DNA of 63,011 nt, filler included, from Octopus bimaculoides (taxonomy: Eukaryota), in NCBI RefSeq assembly GCF_001194135.2. It is 8 parts of 8 records of this genome, joined end to end, with 100 filler letters (N's around TTAATTAATTAA, not from the genome) between each part and the next. Parts side by side here need not be neighbours in the genome. Positions count along the whole stretch, not along the records: positions 27,789 to 41,028 come from NC_068990.1; positions 41,129 to 46,049 come from NC_068997.1; positions 46,150 to 53,985 come from NC_068995.1; 5 more parts are not named here. One strand, given 5' to 3'. Of this stretch, positions 37,862 to 50,504 are shown piece by piece; within the stretch, counting starts at the first letter, position 1; the number at the start of each line of letters is the position of its first letter. The notes under the pieces were generated by a model. It ran no database searches. It was not told the DNA's origin and worked only from the letters and a program-made list of their open reading frames with translations. The position numbers and the translations under genes were made by a program.

Positions 37862-39194
37862 GTGAGGGTTATTCATGCTATAAATATATATATTTATATA
37901 TATTTACATATATATATATATATATANNNNNNNNNNNNNNNNNNNNNNNNNNNNNNNNNNNNNNNNNNNNNNNNNNNNNNNNNNNNNNNNNNNNNNNNNN
38001 NNNNNNNNNNNNNNNNNNNNNNNNNNNNNNNNNNNNNNNNNNNNNNNNNNNNNNNNNNNNNNNNNNNNNNNNNNNNNNNNNNNNNNNNNNNNNNNNNNNN
38101 NNNNNNNNNNNNNNNNNNNNNNNNNNNNNNNNNNNNNNNNNNNNNNNNNNNNNNNNNNNNNNNNNNNNNNNNNNNNNNNNNNNNNNNNNNNNNNNNNNNN
38201 NNNNNNNNNNNNNNNNNNNNNNNNNNNNNNNNNNNNNNNNNNNNNNNNNNNNNNNNNNNNNNNNNNNNNNNNNNNNNNNNNNNNNNNNNNNNNNNNNNNN
38301 NNNNNNNNNNNNNNNNNNNNNNNNNNNNNNNNNNNNNNNNNNNNNNNNNNNNNNNNNNNNNNNNNNNNNNNNNNNNNNNNNNNNNNNNNNNNNNNNNNNN
38401 NNNNNNNNNNNNNNNNNNNNNNNNNNNNNNNNNNNNNNNNNNNNNNNNNNNNNNNNNNNNNNNNNNNNNNNNNNNNNNNNNNNNNNNNNNNNNNNNNNNN
38501 NNNNNNNNNNNNNNNNNNNNNNNNNNNNNNNNNNNNNNNNNNNNNNNNNNNNNNNNNNNNNNNNNNNNNNNNNNNNNNNNNNNNNNNNNNNNNNNNNNNN
38601 NNNNNNNNNNNNNNNNNNNNNNNNNNNNNNNNNNNNNNNNNNNNNNNNNNNNNNNNNNNNNNNNNNNNNNNNNNNNNNNNNNNNNNNNNNNNNNNNNNNN
38701 NNNNNNNNNNNNNNNNNNNNNNNNNNNNNNNNNNNNNNNNNNNNNNNNNNNNNNNNNNNNNNNNNNNNTATATATATATATATATGGGTGTGTATATGTA
38801 CATACACACACACACGAAATTATGAAATGCAATTTTTCTGAGTACAGACTGTTTCATGCATTTTCAAAAATTGCGCAATGCACTCATTGGGCCTTTCTGG
38901 GGCTCATAAAGAAAAAAAAAATCTTTAGTCCTTTGTACAAGGAAGTGGTGACCCCCTGCTCTCCATAGTAATTATTAGATGATGCAGGAAACAGTTTGAA
39001 TCCAATTAGAATTGTAATTTAACAGATGATTATATTACATAATTAAACTCAATCAATCTGCTTTAGGGTGTTCTCGTTCTTTGTAGATATATCATGCTCA
39101 TAACTGTTATCACATATACGCATATACATATATGTGTGTCTGTATACGCATACATAGGTATATGCATATATATACATATGCATGTGTGTGTATG

Positions 39195-39246
<52 letters not shown>

Positions 39247-39844
39247 CATACGTACACACATACATGTATATAGACATACATATTTATACATACATACGTA
39301 CACACATACATGTATATAGACATACATATTTATATACATACATACACACACAGACATATATATATATAGGTGTGTGTGTGTACACCATCAATGAAGAGAT
39401 GCTAACAGACAGGGCAAAAGACACACACAAACAAACAAAGGAATCTAGTTTTTATTCTCATTAATCTCTGCAGACATCATCATCATCATCATCAGTTGTA
39501 CTACCACCAACACCTCATCACCATCCCCTTGATAACAATCGCTCCCACTCCACCACCACCACCACCACACTCTTTCCAAAACATCTCCACTATCACAAAC
39601 AGCAACCACACCTTGGGTACTTCTACAAGATCGCTTGACTCGCTAAAAACAGCAGCCTAAAACCTCCCTCAAATCATGCTCTGCCTTCATAAGAATAGGA
39701 TAATGCAGTCTCCCTGGATACATTGTACTTAAAAACTGACTGGAAGGTCATGGTTGGGATTCCTGTGATTATATGGCTGCTCAATCAGGATTGGCCCGGG
39801 GTTAAATAGTTACAGCTATAACTGCTACCTCTGCTATCAGTACC

Positions 39845-39873
39845 AACATCATAACTACCAACCTTGCCACCAT

Positions 39874-39906
<33 letters not shown>

Positions 39907-40024
39907 CACTACCACAACCACCACCACCACCACCACTACTACTACTACCACCACTACCACAACCACCACCACCACCACTACCACCACCACTACCTCTACT
40001 ACTACTACTACTAGTACTACCACC

Positions 40025-40068
<44 letters not shown>

Positions 40069-40260
40069 CACTACTACCACTACCAACAACAACATCACCA
40101 CAATTCTGCTAGTGTCAACACTGTAGTAACAAATTGTACCACCACCACCACCACCATAAAAACTACCACTTCTGCTACTACTACTATTTCCAACACAACT
40201 ACCACTCCCACTACTATCCCTACTACCACCTATACTGCTACTATCCCCACCACCATTCGC
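39845..40260. repeat. (ACT)/(ACC)n trinucleotide block
   Basis: Directly visible. Confidence 0.95.
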
Positions 40261-40602
40261 CACCAAAAAAACACCCTCCCCTCTTCTTTGCTAATGTTTC
40301 AAACCTTAGCACATCAGATAAACAATTTCCTTATCTACCACAGACACACACTCACACCTCCTCCCCCCTCGTTTCCCAACATCTCATCTCTTTTTCAAAC
40401 TCTTCTTCCTCGCTTTCTAGCTTGTCCTCTTCCTCATATCTCATCTCTCACGTTCTCCCTTCCTCCATCTGCCTAACTATCTTTCTACATGTCTATCTAT
40501 TTACTCCCTCCCCCCTCTCTCTCTCTATATATATGTGTGTGTCTGTATGTATATATATATATCAGGTAGAGAGAGATGCCTAGTGTTATCTATATACCTA
40601 TA

Positions 40603-40643
<41 letters not shown>

Positions 40644-40820
40644 ACACACATACATACATATATTACCTATCTAACTGTCTGTCTTTTACCTACGTATCTA
40701 TCTATTTACCTATACATCTATCTATCTATTGATCTATCTAACTGCCAAATTATCCATCCATCCATCCATCCATCCATCCATCCATCCATCTATCTATTTG
40801 TCTGTCTGTCTGCCAGTCTG

Positions 40821-40887
<67 letters not shown>

Positions 40888-41072
40888 CTTCTCACGGACG
40901 TGCTGTCACATCAGTTGCGAAGGTAAACGTTTATTTGACCTTTTATTGTCCACATTTTGTTGGAATTTTTTAATAATTTTGTTGCGAAGCACCTAGGCTT
41001 CATTTGTGTGTATTTTCAAGGGCAGGAANNNNNNNNNNNNNNNNNNNNNNNNNNNNNNNNNNNNNNNNNNNN

Positions 41073-41084
41073 TTAATTAATTAA
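41073..41084. other. Synthetic scaffold linker
   Basis: TTAATTAATTAA inside a 100-bp N block. Confidence 0.95.
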
Positions 41085-41710
41085 NNNNNNNNNNNNNNNN
41101 NNNNNNNNNNNNNNNNNNNNNNNNNNNNAAGAAGAAGAAGAAGAAGAAGAAGAAGAAGAAGAAGAAGAAGAAGAAGAAGAAGAAGAAGAAGAAGGGTAGA
41201 GGAGGAAAAGCGAAAGACTAGGAGAGATGGCGGGGGAAAGAAGGGAATAGTTGAGTGTGGTGGAGGCTGTTTGATTATTTATTTCTTATTCGCTTTATAA
41301 ACCCGACAGAGAAGGAGTGATGCCAAGAGAATGTACGCCAAGTGAGGAGATGTAATAGAGAGAGATACCAAGAGCGATGCGAAGGGAAAGGTACAGATAG
41401 GTACAAGCTCGGTGTAGCAATAATGGCTGCAATACAAATGGCCGCATAACATGTCGAAACATAAACCCACAACACACGACTTGTGTTTCTGTTGTTATTT
41501 TTCCTTAACAACATTATCAAAATATCGAATTATCATCATCTAAACCGAGCGTTCTTCTTTTTATTGTAAAAGGGGAAACAAACCGCCCGCCATTAGAATT
41601 CCTCTTTCGCTTCGGATTTGTCATCCGGGGCATTTGTCGTCGACGGGAAGCCATGTTATTTAGAGGCAAACACGATTATATTTAATAAGAGGTCGCTGTG
41701 ATTTATCTTA

Positions 41711-42829
41711 TATTAATGAATCTCTTTTTGCTTCGCCAAGAGATGGCGTTGTTTGCTTAACTTTCTTCCATGGCCGACATTAGGCGTTCGCTTGTTCGCT
41801 GTTAAGTTTGCGCAGTACGTTAGCCATTTTTCATTTATAAAACTGAATATCTTTGCTCTAGCTTGGAACGTTCACTTTAATTGATCAAGATATGATAGAT
41901 TTCGCTCTCTGCTACATCTTTCCTTCAATTTTTTTGTCTTTTTTTCTGATATTTTCTTTCTTTTTTTTTGTTTCCCTTTTCTCCATTCTTCTTTTCATTG
42001 TTTTTATCTGTTTCGTCCTAATGTTTTCACTTTTTCATGTTTGCTTTCTTTCTTCCTTTCTTTCTCTTCAATTTTGTCCTTTTCTTCCAATATTTAGACT
42101 GAACACACAGCTATATCATTTTTCTANNNNNNNNNNNNNNNNNNNNNNNNNNNNNNNNNNNNNNNNNNNNNNNNNNNNNNNNNNNNNNNNNNNNNNNNNN
42201 NNNNNNNNNNNNNNNNNNNNNNNNNNNNNNNNNNNNNNNNNNNNNNNNNNNNNNNNNNNNNNNNNNNNNNNNNNNNNNNNNNNNNNNNNNNNNNNNNNNN
42301 NNNNNNNNNNNNNNNNNNNNNNNNNNNNNNNNNNNNNNNNNNNNNNNNNNNNNNNNNNNNNNNNNNNNNNNNNNNNNNNNNNNNNNNNNNNNNNNNNNNN
42401 NNNNNNNNNNNNNNNNNNNNNNNNNNNNNNNNNNNNNNNNNNNNNNNNNNNNNNNNNNNNNNNNNNNNNNNNNNNNNNNNNNNNNNNNNNNNNNNNNNNN
42501 NNNNNNNNNNNNNNNNNNNNNNNNNNNNNNNNNNNNNNNNNNNNNNNNNNNNNNNNNNNNNNNNNNNNNNNNNNNNNNNNNNNNNNNNNNNNNNNNNNNN
42601 NNNNNNNNNNNNNNNNNNNNNNNNNNNNNNNNNNNNNNNNNNNNNNNNNNNNNNNNNNNNNNNNNNNNNNNNNNNNNNNNNNNNNNNNNNNNNNNNNNNN
42701 NNNNNNNNNNNNNNNNNNNNNTATATATATATTAATACGTATGTCTGTCAATACTAATGTTATTTGAGCTCGGTCGTTTTATCTATCTGTGCATATTTAT
42801 AAAAGTATATGTGTGAAACAATAGATAGC

Positions 42830-42898
<69 letters not shown>

Positions 42899-43551
42899 TA
42901 AGGTAAACCCACTGACTGACAAAGCTAAATGGAGGAAGTCTCTCTACGATGACACTATTTCCTTTCATAGATGTCGCCAGGCCGTAGCCGTGTGGTCATG
43001 CAGAGCACATTGCCTCTTCGGTCCGGTTCCAATGGTGGCGCACCATCAAAATGGAAACATTGACCTGCTCTCAATATCTTCATGTAACCAGTAATAAGCA
43101 ACAACAACAGGAACCGAAGTAAGGGATTCTATGTAGCTGTTCAGCTTCCTAGGAATTGACGCTAGATCTCCTTCAGCTATACTGGTTTAAGGAATGAACC
43201 TATTCTATAATGTGGTCCTAGAAATCTCTGAGAATTGACGGTATTCTTATGTCAAGAATGATTTTTACCATACGAATGCCTATGGTAGACATGGCGTTAA
43301 AAACAACAGCAGCTAAAATAATAACAGCGACAACAAAATGAAGAGATGTAGCAGAGAGCGAAATCTATCATATTTTGATCAATTAAAGAAATATTCCAAG
43401 CCAATCCAAAGATATTCATTGTTGTAAATGAAAAATGGCTAATGTACTACGCAAACTTAACAGCGAGTAAGCGAACGCCTAATGTCGTCCATGGAAGAAA
43501 GTTAAGCAAACAACGCCATCTCTTGGCGAAGCAAAAAGACATTCATTAATA
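41711..43551. repeat. Inverted repeat pair with ~208-bp arms (41711-41919 and 43344-43551)
   Basis: Manual alignment gives roughly 90% identity. Confidence 0.9.
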
Positions 43552-44150
43552 NNNNNNNNNNTTTGCCTTATCGGTTAAATCCCTTCCTTCATTAATATTG
43601 TATTTTAATTCCACTACTAAGTTATATTTAAATTTTGGATGGTTGCAATTTGAATGTTACCTAATTTATTTTATTTTATAATTTATAATTTATCTTGATT
43701 ACATATCCTTAAATCATGTCTCAAAACTATTTTAAACTTAAGAATAGATATAATTATTTGATAGGGTTAATCACCATGGAATGAATTATGTAGATCAAAA
43801 ATATTATTTTGCTAGATTTACCTCTCTTTGACCATTAATTTGTATTTGTAGTTCTGTCAAGATCTATAATAGGTAATTTTTCTTTCTTCGTCTTATTTTA
43901 TTTTATTTTATTTTCAAACCTCTAACGGTTTTTTTTATATTTGATGAAACAGCATTGTAAGCATGTCGTCACTTAATATCCTGGATTAACAACTCTACTT
44001 GGTTCCTCTACTATATAACGGTTTTCTTAACCGATATTGCAAGCAGTTTCAATATGTTCTTGTCGTAACAACCTGATTAGAACTTTTTTTATACACATGT
44101 AATTTAAGTACAAGTAATAATGTTGTCTGTTGTGAATTAATGTAACTTGG

Positions 44151-44227
44151 CCCTGAAGAGATGGAAGGCCCTAATTTCTTATCTCAGACAAGAGTGAGTC
44201 GGGATCTTGCATCGAAATGCACATAGG
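44151..44227 (+). ncRNA. Hammerhead-like motif with long stem II (partly decayed)
   Basis: CC-CTGAAGA-GATG...CATC-GAAA-T(GCAC)A-TA-GG, then AATAAA; stem I only 2 bp. Confidence 0.55.
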
Positions 44228-44655
44228 ATAATAAACAAGTTTTATGGATCGGTTTGTTTTTTGCTTTTATGGACCCCACCCACGAAAGGACAAAATGCAA
44301 AGTAGTTCTTGGTAGAAATTGAACTTAGAATACAGAGAGTCGGAATGAATACTGCGCGGCATCTCGCTTGACCCTTTATCAGTTCTACCAATCCGCTGTN
44401 NNNNNNNNNNNNNNNNNNNNNNNNNNNNNNNNNNNNNNNNNNNNNNNNNNNNNNNNNNNNNNNNNNNNNNNNNNNNNNNNNNNNNNNNNNNNNNNNNNNN
44501 NNNNNNNNNNNNNNNNNNNNNNNNNNNNNNNNNNNNNNNNNNNNNNNNNNNNNNNNGGGTTGAGTGTTATTTTCTATCGATCCCGAAAGGAAATGGTATG
44601 CACACACTATAAACAGGTACAAGCTTCTATTTTCTTTATGGCACAAAAGGCATCG

Positions 44656-44695
44656 ATCTCTGATGAGACGTTATACAACTTGAAACAAATCAGAT
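44656..44695 (+). ncRNA. Minimal hammerhead-like motif
   Basis: ATCT-CTGATGA-stem II-GAAA-CAAA-TC-AGAT; stem III is 1 bp and stem II is bulged. Confidence 0.35.
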
Positions 44696-45680
44696 TAATT
44701 TATTTTTCCGGACACGGTCACTAAAATCAGTGGCTGTAACTACTTCATCGAGTTTTCACATTGTTAAATTGCTTTGCTATTCATCCATCTATCCAACCAC
44801 CCATCTTCGCTGCTTAATATGCTCGGCAGGGCGCGGGGGATGGGTGAATTGTGAGGGTAGAGGCCCCAGGCACCTCCTCCATAGGGTCCTATCAAAAGCG
44901 ACAGTCATTAGATTTTCTGGCTGGATTCCTAAGTGTGACCAAATGAGACTACGGATCTGATCCATCTCGTTCTTGGTCTGACTTTAGACATATCTTTAGG
45001 TCTACCTTTCCGCTTCCTGTCAATTGCCTCAATTTGAAACATCTATTTTGCTATTCTTTCGTGCAACACTCTTAATTACAAGTCCGTAGAATCGGAGATG
45101 TGGCTTCTCAATGCAGAGAAGTAGCCGCTCGACCTGAGGTTCTAGCGAAATAGAAAATTACATCTTGATCAACTGTATGAACTGTTTCAAACCAATCAAG
45201 TAAGGTTGACCTTGCGTTTTGAATTATACTCAAAACAGAAAACTTACGGTGTAATCAATGTTTATTAATTAGTTTGCGCTGCCAGTGTTTGTAATGTTAT
45301 GCAAATCAGGGAAACCAATTTAGTTCTGTATGAGCGCTTAATAAAACTTGAGTGTACTCAGGTCGTACATGCTTACACACACATACATACACACACACAT
45401 ACATACACACACACATACATACACACACACATATACACATACATACTCTTTAACAAGTTTCTGTCATTTGAATGCGACCATGCTGGAGCACCACCTTTAG
45501 TCGAAGAGATCGAGCCCAGGACTTATTCTTTGTAAGCCTAGTACTTATTCTATCGGCTTCTTTTGCTGAACCGCTAATAATGTAACAATATTGTTTAACC
45601 GTTGTGTGTGCTTTTCACAGCAAGGAGAAAATATTTTACTTTAGTTTTTGACTAAAAGGTTTGCCTTGCATTTCTACACG

Positions 45681-45904
45681 TACGTGGGAAATGCTGAGAA
45701 AGTCTCTGGCTCTGGATAAAAGAAAATACAGGAGGCTCAGTTAATTATGATTTTATTCAACATCTTCCCCCTCTTAGATTCACACACTTATTGCAGTGGT
45801 CCTTCAGTTTATCTAAGCCCTGTAAAAGAACTCAGAAGGTTAGGCCTCCAACCAGGCCTTTTGTGGTATCCTTAAAGCCAGGAACTTTTCAGCACCCCTT
45901 CCTA
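45681..45904. mobile_element. Mariner-derived MITE
   Basis: Imperfect TIRs with TA ends; internal minus-strand remnant of the transposase C-terminus. Confidence 0.8.
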
Positions 45905-46093
45905 TAATTAAATATATCAATGCAAATACCTTCTGTTGATCTTTTACTTGTTTCAGTCATTAGAGCGCGGCCATGCTGGAATACCGCAAAAAAGAATTTT
46001 TAGTTGAATGAATCGACCCCAGTATGTATTTTTTAAAAGGTTGGTACTTNNNNNNNNNNNNNNNNNNNNNNNNNNNNNNNNNNNNNNNNNNNN

Positions 46094-46105
46094 TTAATTA
46101 ATTAA
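46094..46105. other. Synthetic scaffold linker
   Basis: TTAATTAATTAA inside an N block. Confidence 0.95.
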
Positions 46106-46497
46106 NNNNNNNNNNNNNNNNNNNNNNNNNNNNNNNNNNNNNNNNNNNNAATCGTTGGAATGCCGATTAAAATTCTTTTGCAGTATTTGTTCTTGTGCAT
46201 TCATTACGTTCTGATTTCAGATTACGCCACTTTTAACTTTGTCTTTTCTCCTTTCAGGACCAATTAAAATAAAGTACCAGTCAAGGGGTCGAGTATATAA
46301 ACGAAACCCCTCTGCTCAAAAAGACTGGCCTTGTTCTTAAATCGGAAACCGTTATTATTATTATGTTGTCTTCTTTTTATTCTTTCTTCAAATTTTCTTC
46401 CATTTCTTGCCGAGTGTTTTCCGTACACCTAGGGCAGAGAAACTCGTTGTATGCATTCCCAGTTTACACACGCAAATTCAGAGGTAAAATATGTATT

Positions 46498-46507
<10 letters not shown>

Positions 46508-46550
<43 letters not shown>

Positions 46551-47177
46551 CATTATATGTTTGATTCTTGTTTTGTATTTGTACAAGTTGACTGCAAGTC
46601 TCACCCAGAGACCTCAAGAGATAACAAGTTAGAAGTTCAAGTTAGAAGTTCAAGTTAGAAGTTCATGTTATGCCTAGGGTACCATATATTTGGTTTTGTA
46701 CATAGTGTTGATCTTGAGAATGTTTAAGAAAACAAGAAAATTATGTTTGTTTTAAAATTTGAGATTACATAGACAGTATTTTACGTAGGATATGGGCAGT
46801 TCCCACGAGCACTATCTTTTGAATTTCTGTCATTTTCGGATTTCCTGGTATCTGAGCTAGGTAGTAATCAGCCCCTTTTGTTATCATTCCTATCTTGAGG
46901 TTCCACATTTGCTATCATTCCTATCTTGAGGTTCCACATTTTGCCAATTTCGAGTTCAAGATCTTAATACTTGTTCAGTTTTTGGTAGGTCACATTTCTG
47001 TTGATTGGGACAGTCATATCATTGTGGAGGCACGATTTTTGTCTGAAGTCCTTCAATATAATATCTGGCTTATTCGCATCTAACTTTCTGTCAGTTTCAG
47101 TGGTGAAGTTCCGGAGGAGTGAGATGTGATCATTTCCAAGCACTGGAGATGGTTCGTGTTCCCACCAGTTTTTATCA
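46508..47177 (-). mobile_element. R4/Dong-like LINE 3' end (second subfamily) with (AAT)n tail
   Basis: WWEHEP..DANKPDIILKD..DMTVP..YKDLELEI..IQKIVLVGTAHILRKIL; part duplicated at 48158-48328. Confidence 0.88.
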
Positions 47178-48726
47178 TATATATATATATATATATGTAT
47201 ATATATGTGTGTATGTATGTATGTATGTATGTATGTATGTATGTATGTGTATATACTTTATTAAAAGCCACAAAAATATCACAAAAACTGTTAGTCAGAG
47301 TTTCACATTATCGTTCGTCCACCTTGTTTCGCGTTTATGTGCTTACTCTGGTGTGTGTATGTTTGTGTATATATANNNNNNNNNNNNNNNNNNNNNNNNN
47401 NNNNNNNNNNNNNNNNNNNNNNNNNNNNNNNNNNNNNNNNNNNNNNNNNNNNNNNNNNNNNNNNNNNNNNNNNNNNNNNNNNNNNNNNNNNNNNNNNNNN
47501 NNNNNNNNNNNNNNNNNNNNNNNNNNNNNNNNNNNNNNNNNNNNNNNNNNNNNNNNNNNNNNNNNNNNNNNNNNNNNNNNNNNNNNNNNNNNNNNNNNNN
47601 NNNNNNNNNNNNNNNNNNNNNNNNNNNNNNNNNNNNNNNNNNNNNNNNNNNNNNNNNNNNNNNNNNNNNNNNNNNNNNNNNNNNNNNNNNNNNNNNNNNN
47701 NNNNNNNNNNNNNNNNNNNNNNNNNNNNNNNNNNNNNNNNNNNNNNNNNNNNNNNNNNNNNNNNNNNNNNNNNNNNNNNNNNNNNNNNNNNNNNNNNNNN
47801 NNNNNNNNNNNNNNNNNNNNNNNNNNNNNNNNNNNNNNNNNNNNNNNNNNNNNNNNNNNNNNNNNNNNNNNNNNNNNNNNNNNNNNNNNNNNNNNNNNNN
47901 NNNNNNNNNNNNNNNNNNNNNNNNNNNNNNNNNNNNNNNNNNNNNNNNNNNNNNNNNNNNNNNNNNNNNNNNNNNNNNNNNNNNNNNNNNNNNNNNNNNN
48001 NNNNNNNNNNNNNNNNNNNNNNNNNNNNNNNNNNNNNNNNNNNNNNNNNNNNNNNNNNNNNNNNNNNNNNNNNNNNNNNNNNNNNNNNNNNNNNNNNNNN
48101 NNNNNNNNNNNNNNNNNNNNNNNNNNNNNNNNNNNNNNNNNNNNNNNNNNNNNNNNTGGGACAGTCATATCATTGTGGAGGCACGATTTTTGTCTGAAGT
48201 CCTTCAATATAATATCTGGCTTATTCGCATCTAACTTTCTGTCAGTTTCAGTGGTGAAGTTCCGGAGGAGTGAGATGTGATCATTTCCAAGCACTGGAGA
48301 TGGTTCGTGTTCCCACCAGTTTTTATCATATATATATATATATATATGTATATATATGTACATATATATAGTCCAATGCTTTAATTCTCCTATATCGTTT
48401 GAAGTTTGATTCCCGATAGTTATTATAACCAAGCCAGTTCTAAGATGTTCAGTTTTATGACTATGTACATTTTTTGGAGTTGGTTTCCTGTAAATTGATT
48501 GTTTCATAATGTGGCTTCTCACTACTTAGCAATCACGCCTCACACCTCTTTTATTCGGCTTCACATTTCGAGCCTCGTTCTCACTCGTTCGGAGATTTGT
48601 TCGCAGTTTGTTTATTTCTGTATTTTTTTTTTTAGGTATGTGTGTGTATAGATACACATGCATATATGCATTTTTTATATGTAGATATGTATGCATATAT
48701 GCATGTATGCATATGTATATATGTAT

Positions 48727-48774
<48 letters not shown>

Positions 48775-48924
48775 GTTCACGCAGACACACACACATACAT
48801 TTATATACAAGCGTATACACACATATACATACGTACATACATACATACATAAATACATACACATATTTTCTTTATTTTTTTCGGTTTAAAATAGCTCGCT
48901 AACTTTATGAGGACATAAGATAAA

Positions 48925-48964
<40 letters not shown>

Positions 48965-49479
48965 ACACACACACATTCACGGACATATGACGCATGTGCA
49001 CACACACTGACACACTCACACATTCACACATACCTACACACATACACACACACTGCAGTTCCATTTATGTTGTATTTTCTGATCTTTGTTGTTGCTGTTG
49101 TTGTTGTTGTTGTTTTTGGTTCCTTTCTTTTGATATCTGAACACTTTTACCAAACATTTGCTTTAACACTGATTGCCTTCAGTTCCACCAATGTTACAAC
49201 CCACAACTGATCGCAGAAACAACTAACACAGCTTCGTTTTACTTCCTCCTCCTCCTGCTTTCATTTTTTAATATTTTTTACTGACATTATACGTATTCTT
49301 TTCTGGTTTCATCACAAAATGGAATCGAAATCATTAGAAATCCTTTCCAATTACACGGGAAATCCTAAACCATTCCACACTTCAACGAAGACATTATTAG
49401 TTTGGATAGTATTATTATTTAATGTGTAATTCTTGTTTTATTTTTTTATTTCATCTAAGAGAAATGGACTTGGTTGATT

Positions 49480-49915
49480 GCCAGGTGATGGTGGATTGTA
49501 TTGGACAAATTTATGGGTCGTATTAATGTTACGTCCCCTTTAAAACTGACGTTAACTTTGCGCTCACTCTTCCAGGGTTCGATAAAGTAACATTCTAGCA
49601 CGAGGCGAGGTGAATGGGTGAATTAATCCCATGTATTTTACCTCTTCTCCAAACGTGCAACCTTGTGTTTAGGTCGGAAATCATTATTATTGATGCTACG
49701 CAAGGTGGTGTATTATCACAACCCTAAAAGTGAAGTAAAAATGCTTTTCCGCTATTACGCATGGCTATTTATGCTCCGAGTTCGAACCCCACTGACGTTA
49801 ACTTTACTTTTCATCTATCCGGGGTGGATACATAAGGCAGCAGTCATGTACTGGTGTCGATGTAATCGACTGGCTTCTCCCTTCTAAATTTTAGGCCTTG
49901 TCCCTAATTTAGAAA
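49480..49915 (+). mobile_element. Two tandem diverged SINE family A copies
   Basis: Recognisable cores. Confidence 0.65.
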
Positions 49916-50504
49916 TATTTATATAATACGCTCACAAGCCTGTAAGAACTATTATTAAAATTCTTGATGGATCTGCTCCAGCATGACCCCAGTCCTTGGG
50001 CAGAAAACGTAAACGAATGAAAAACAAAAGAGATCTAAATTAATCAATTTTGAAAAAATAAATACCCTGGGGCATAGCCTTATACATATTAGTCTAGTCG
50101 ATCGGTGGTCTCCCCCTGGGCAGATCTTCTGCATGTGACCCTTCTCCAGCACACGTTAAACGACCTGGGAGGGCCTTACTCTCCTGTGCTGCCCTTAATT
50201 AAATTAGTGGAACTTCAGCTACCATGACAAGACATATGATAAATACTGGAGTGGTTTTCCCGTTATCTTCTCTAAGCAGGTGGGATTTGAACTCACAAAG
50301 TAAAGAGCCGGAAGATATATCGTAAGGCACCTCTGTTGACGCGTCAATGATTTTACCACCCTCCCACCCGCAGAGCAACGTGGAATGAAATGTTTTTGCT
50401 CAAGAATAGAACGCGCCGTCCGGTTCGCTAATCGAACCCACAATCTAGCGATCGGTATATGCATAAGATTATGTATGCATATCCGTATCTACGTGTATAT
50501 ATTC

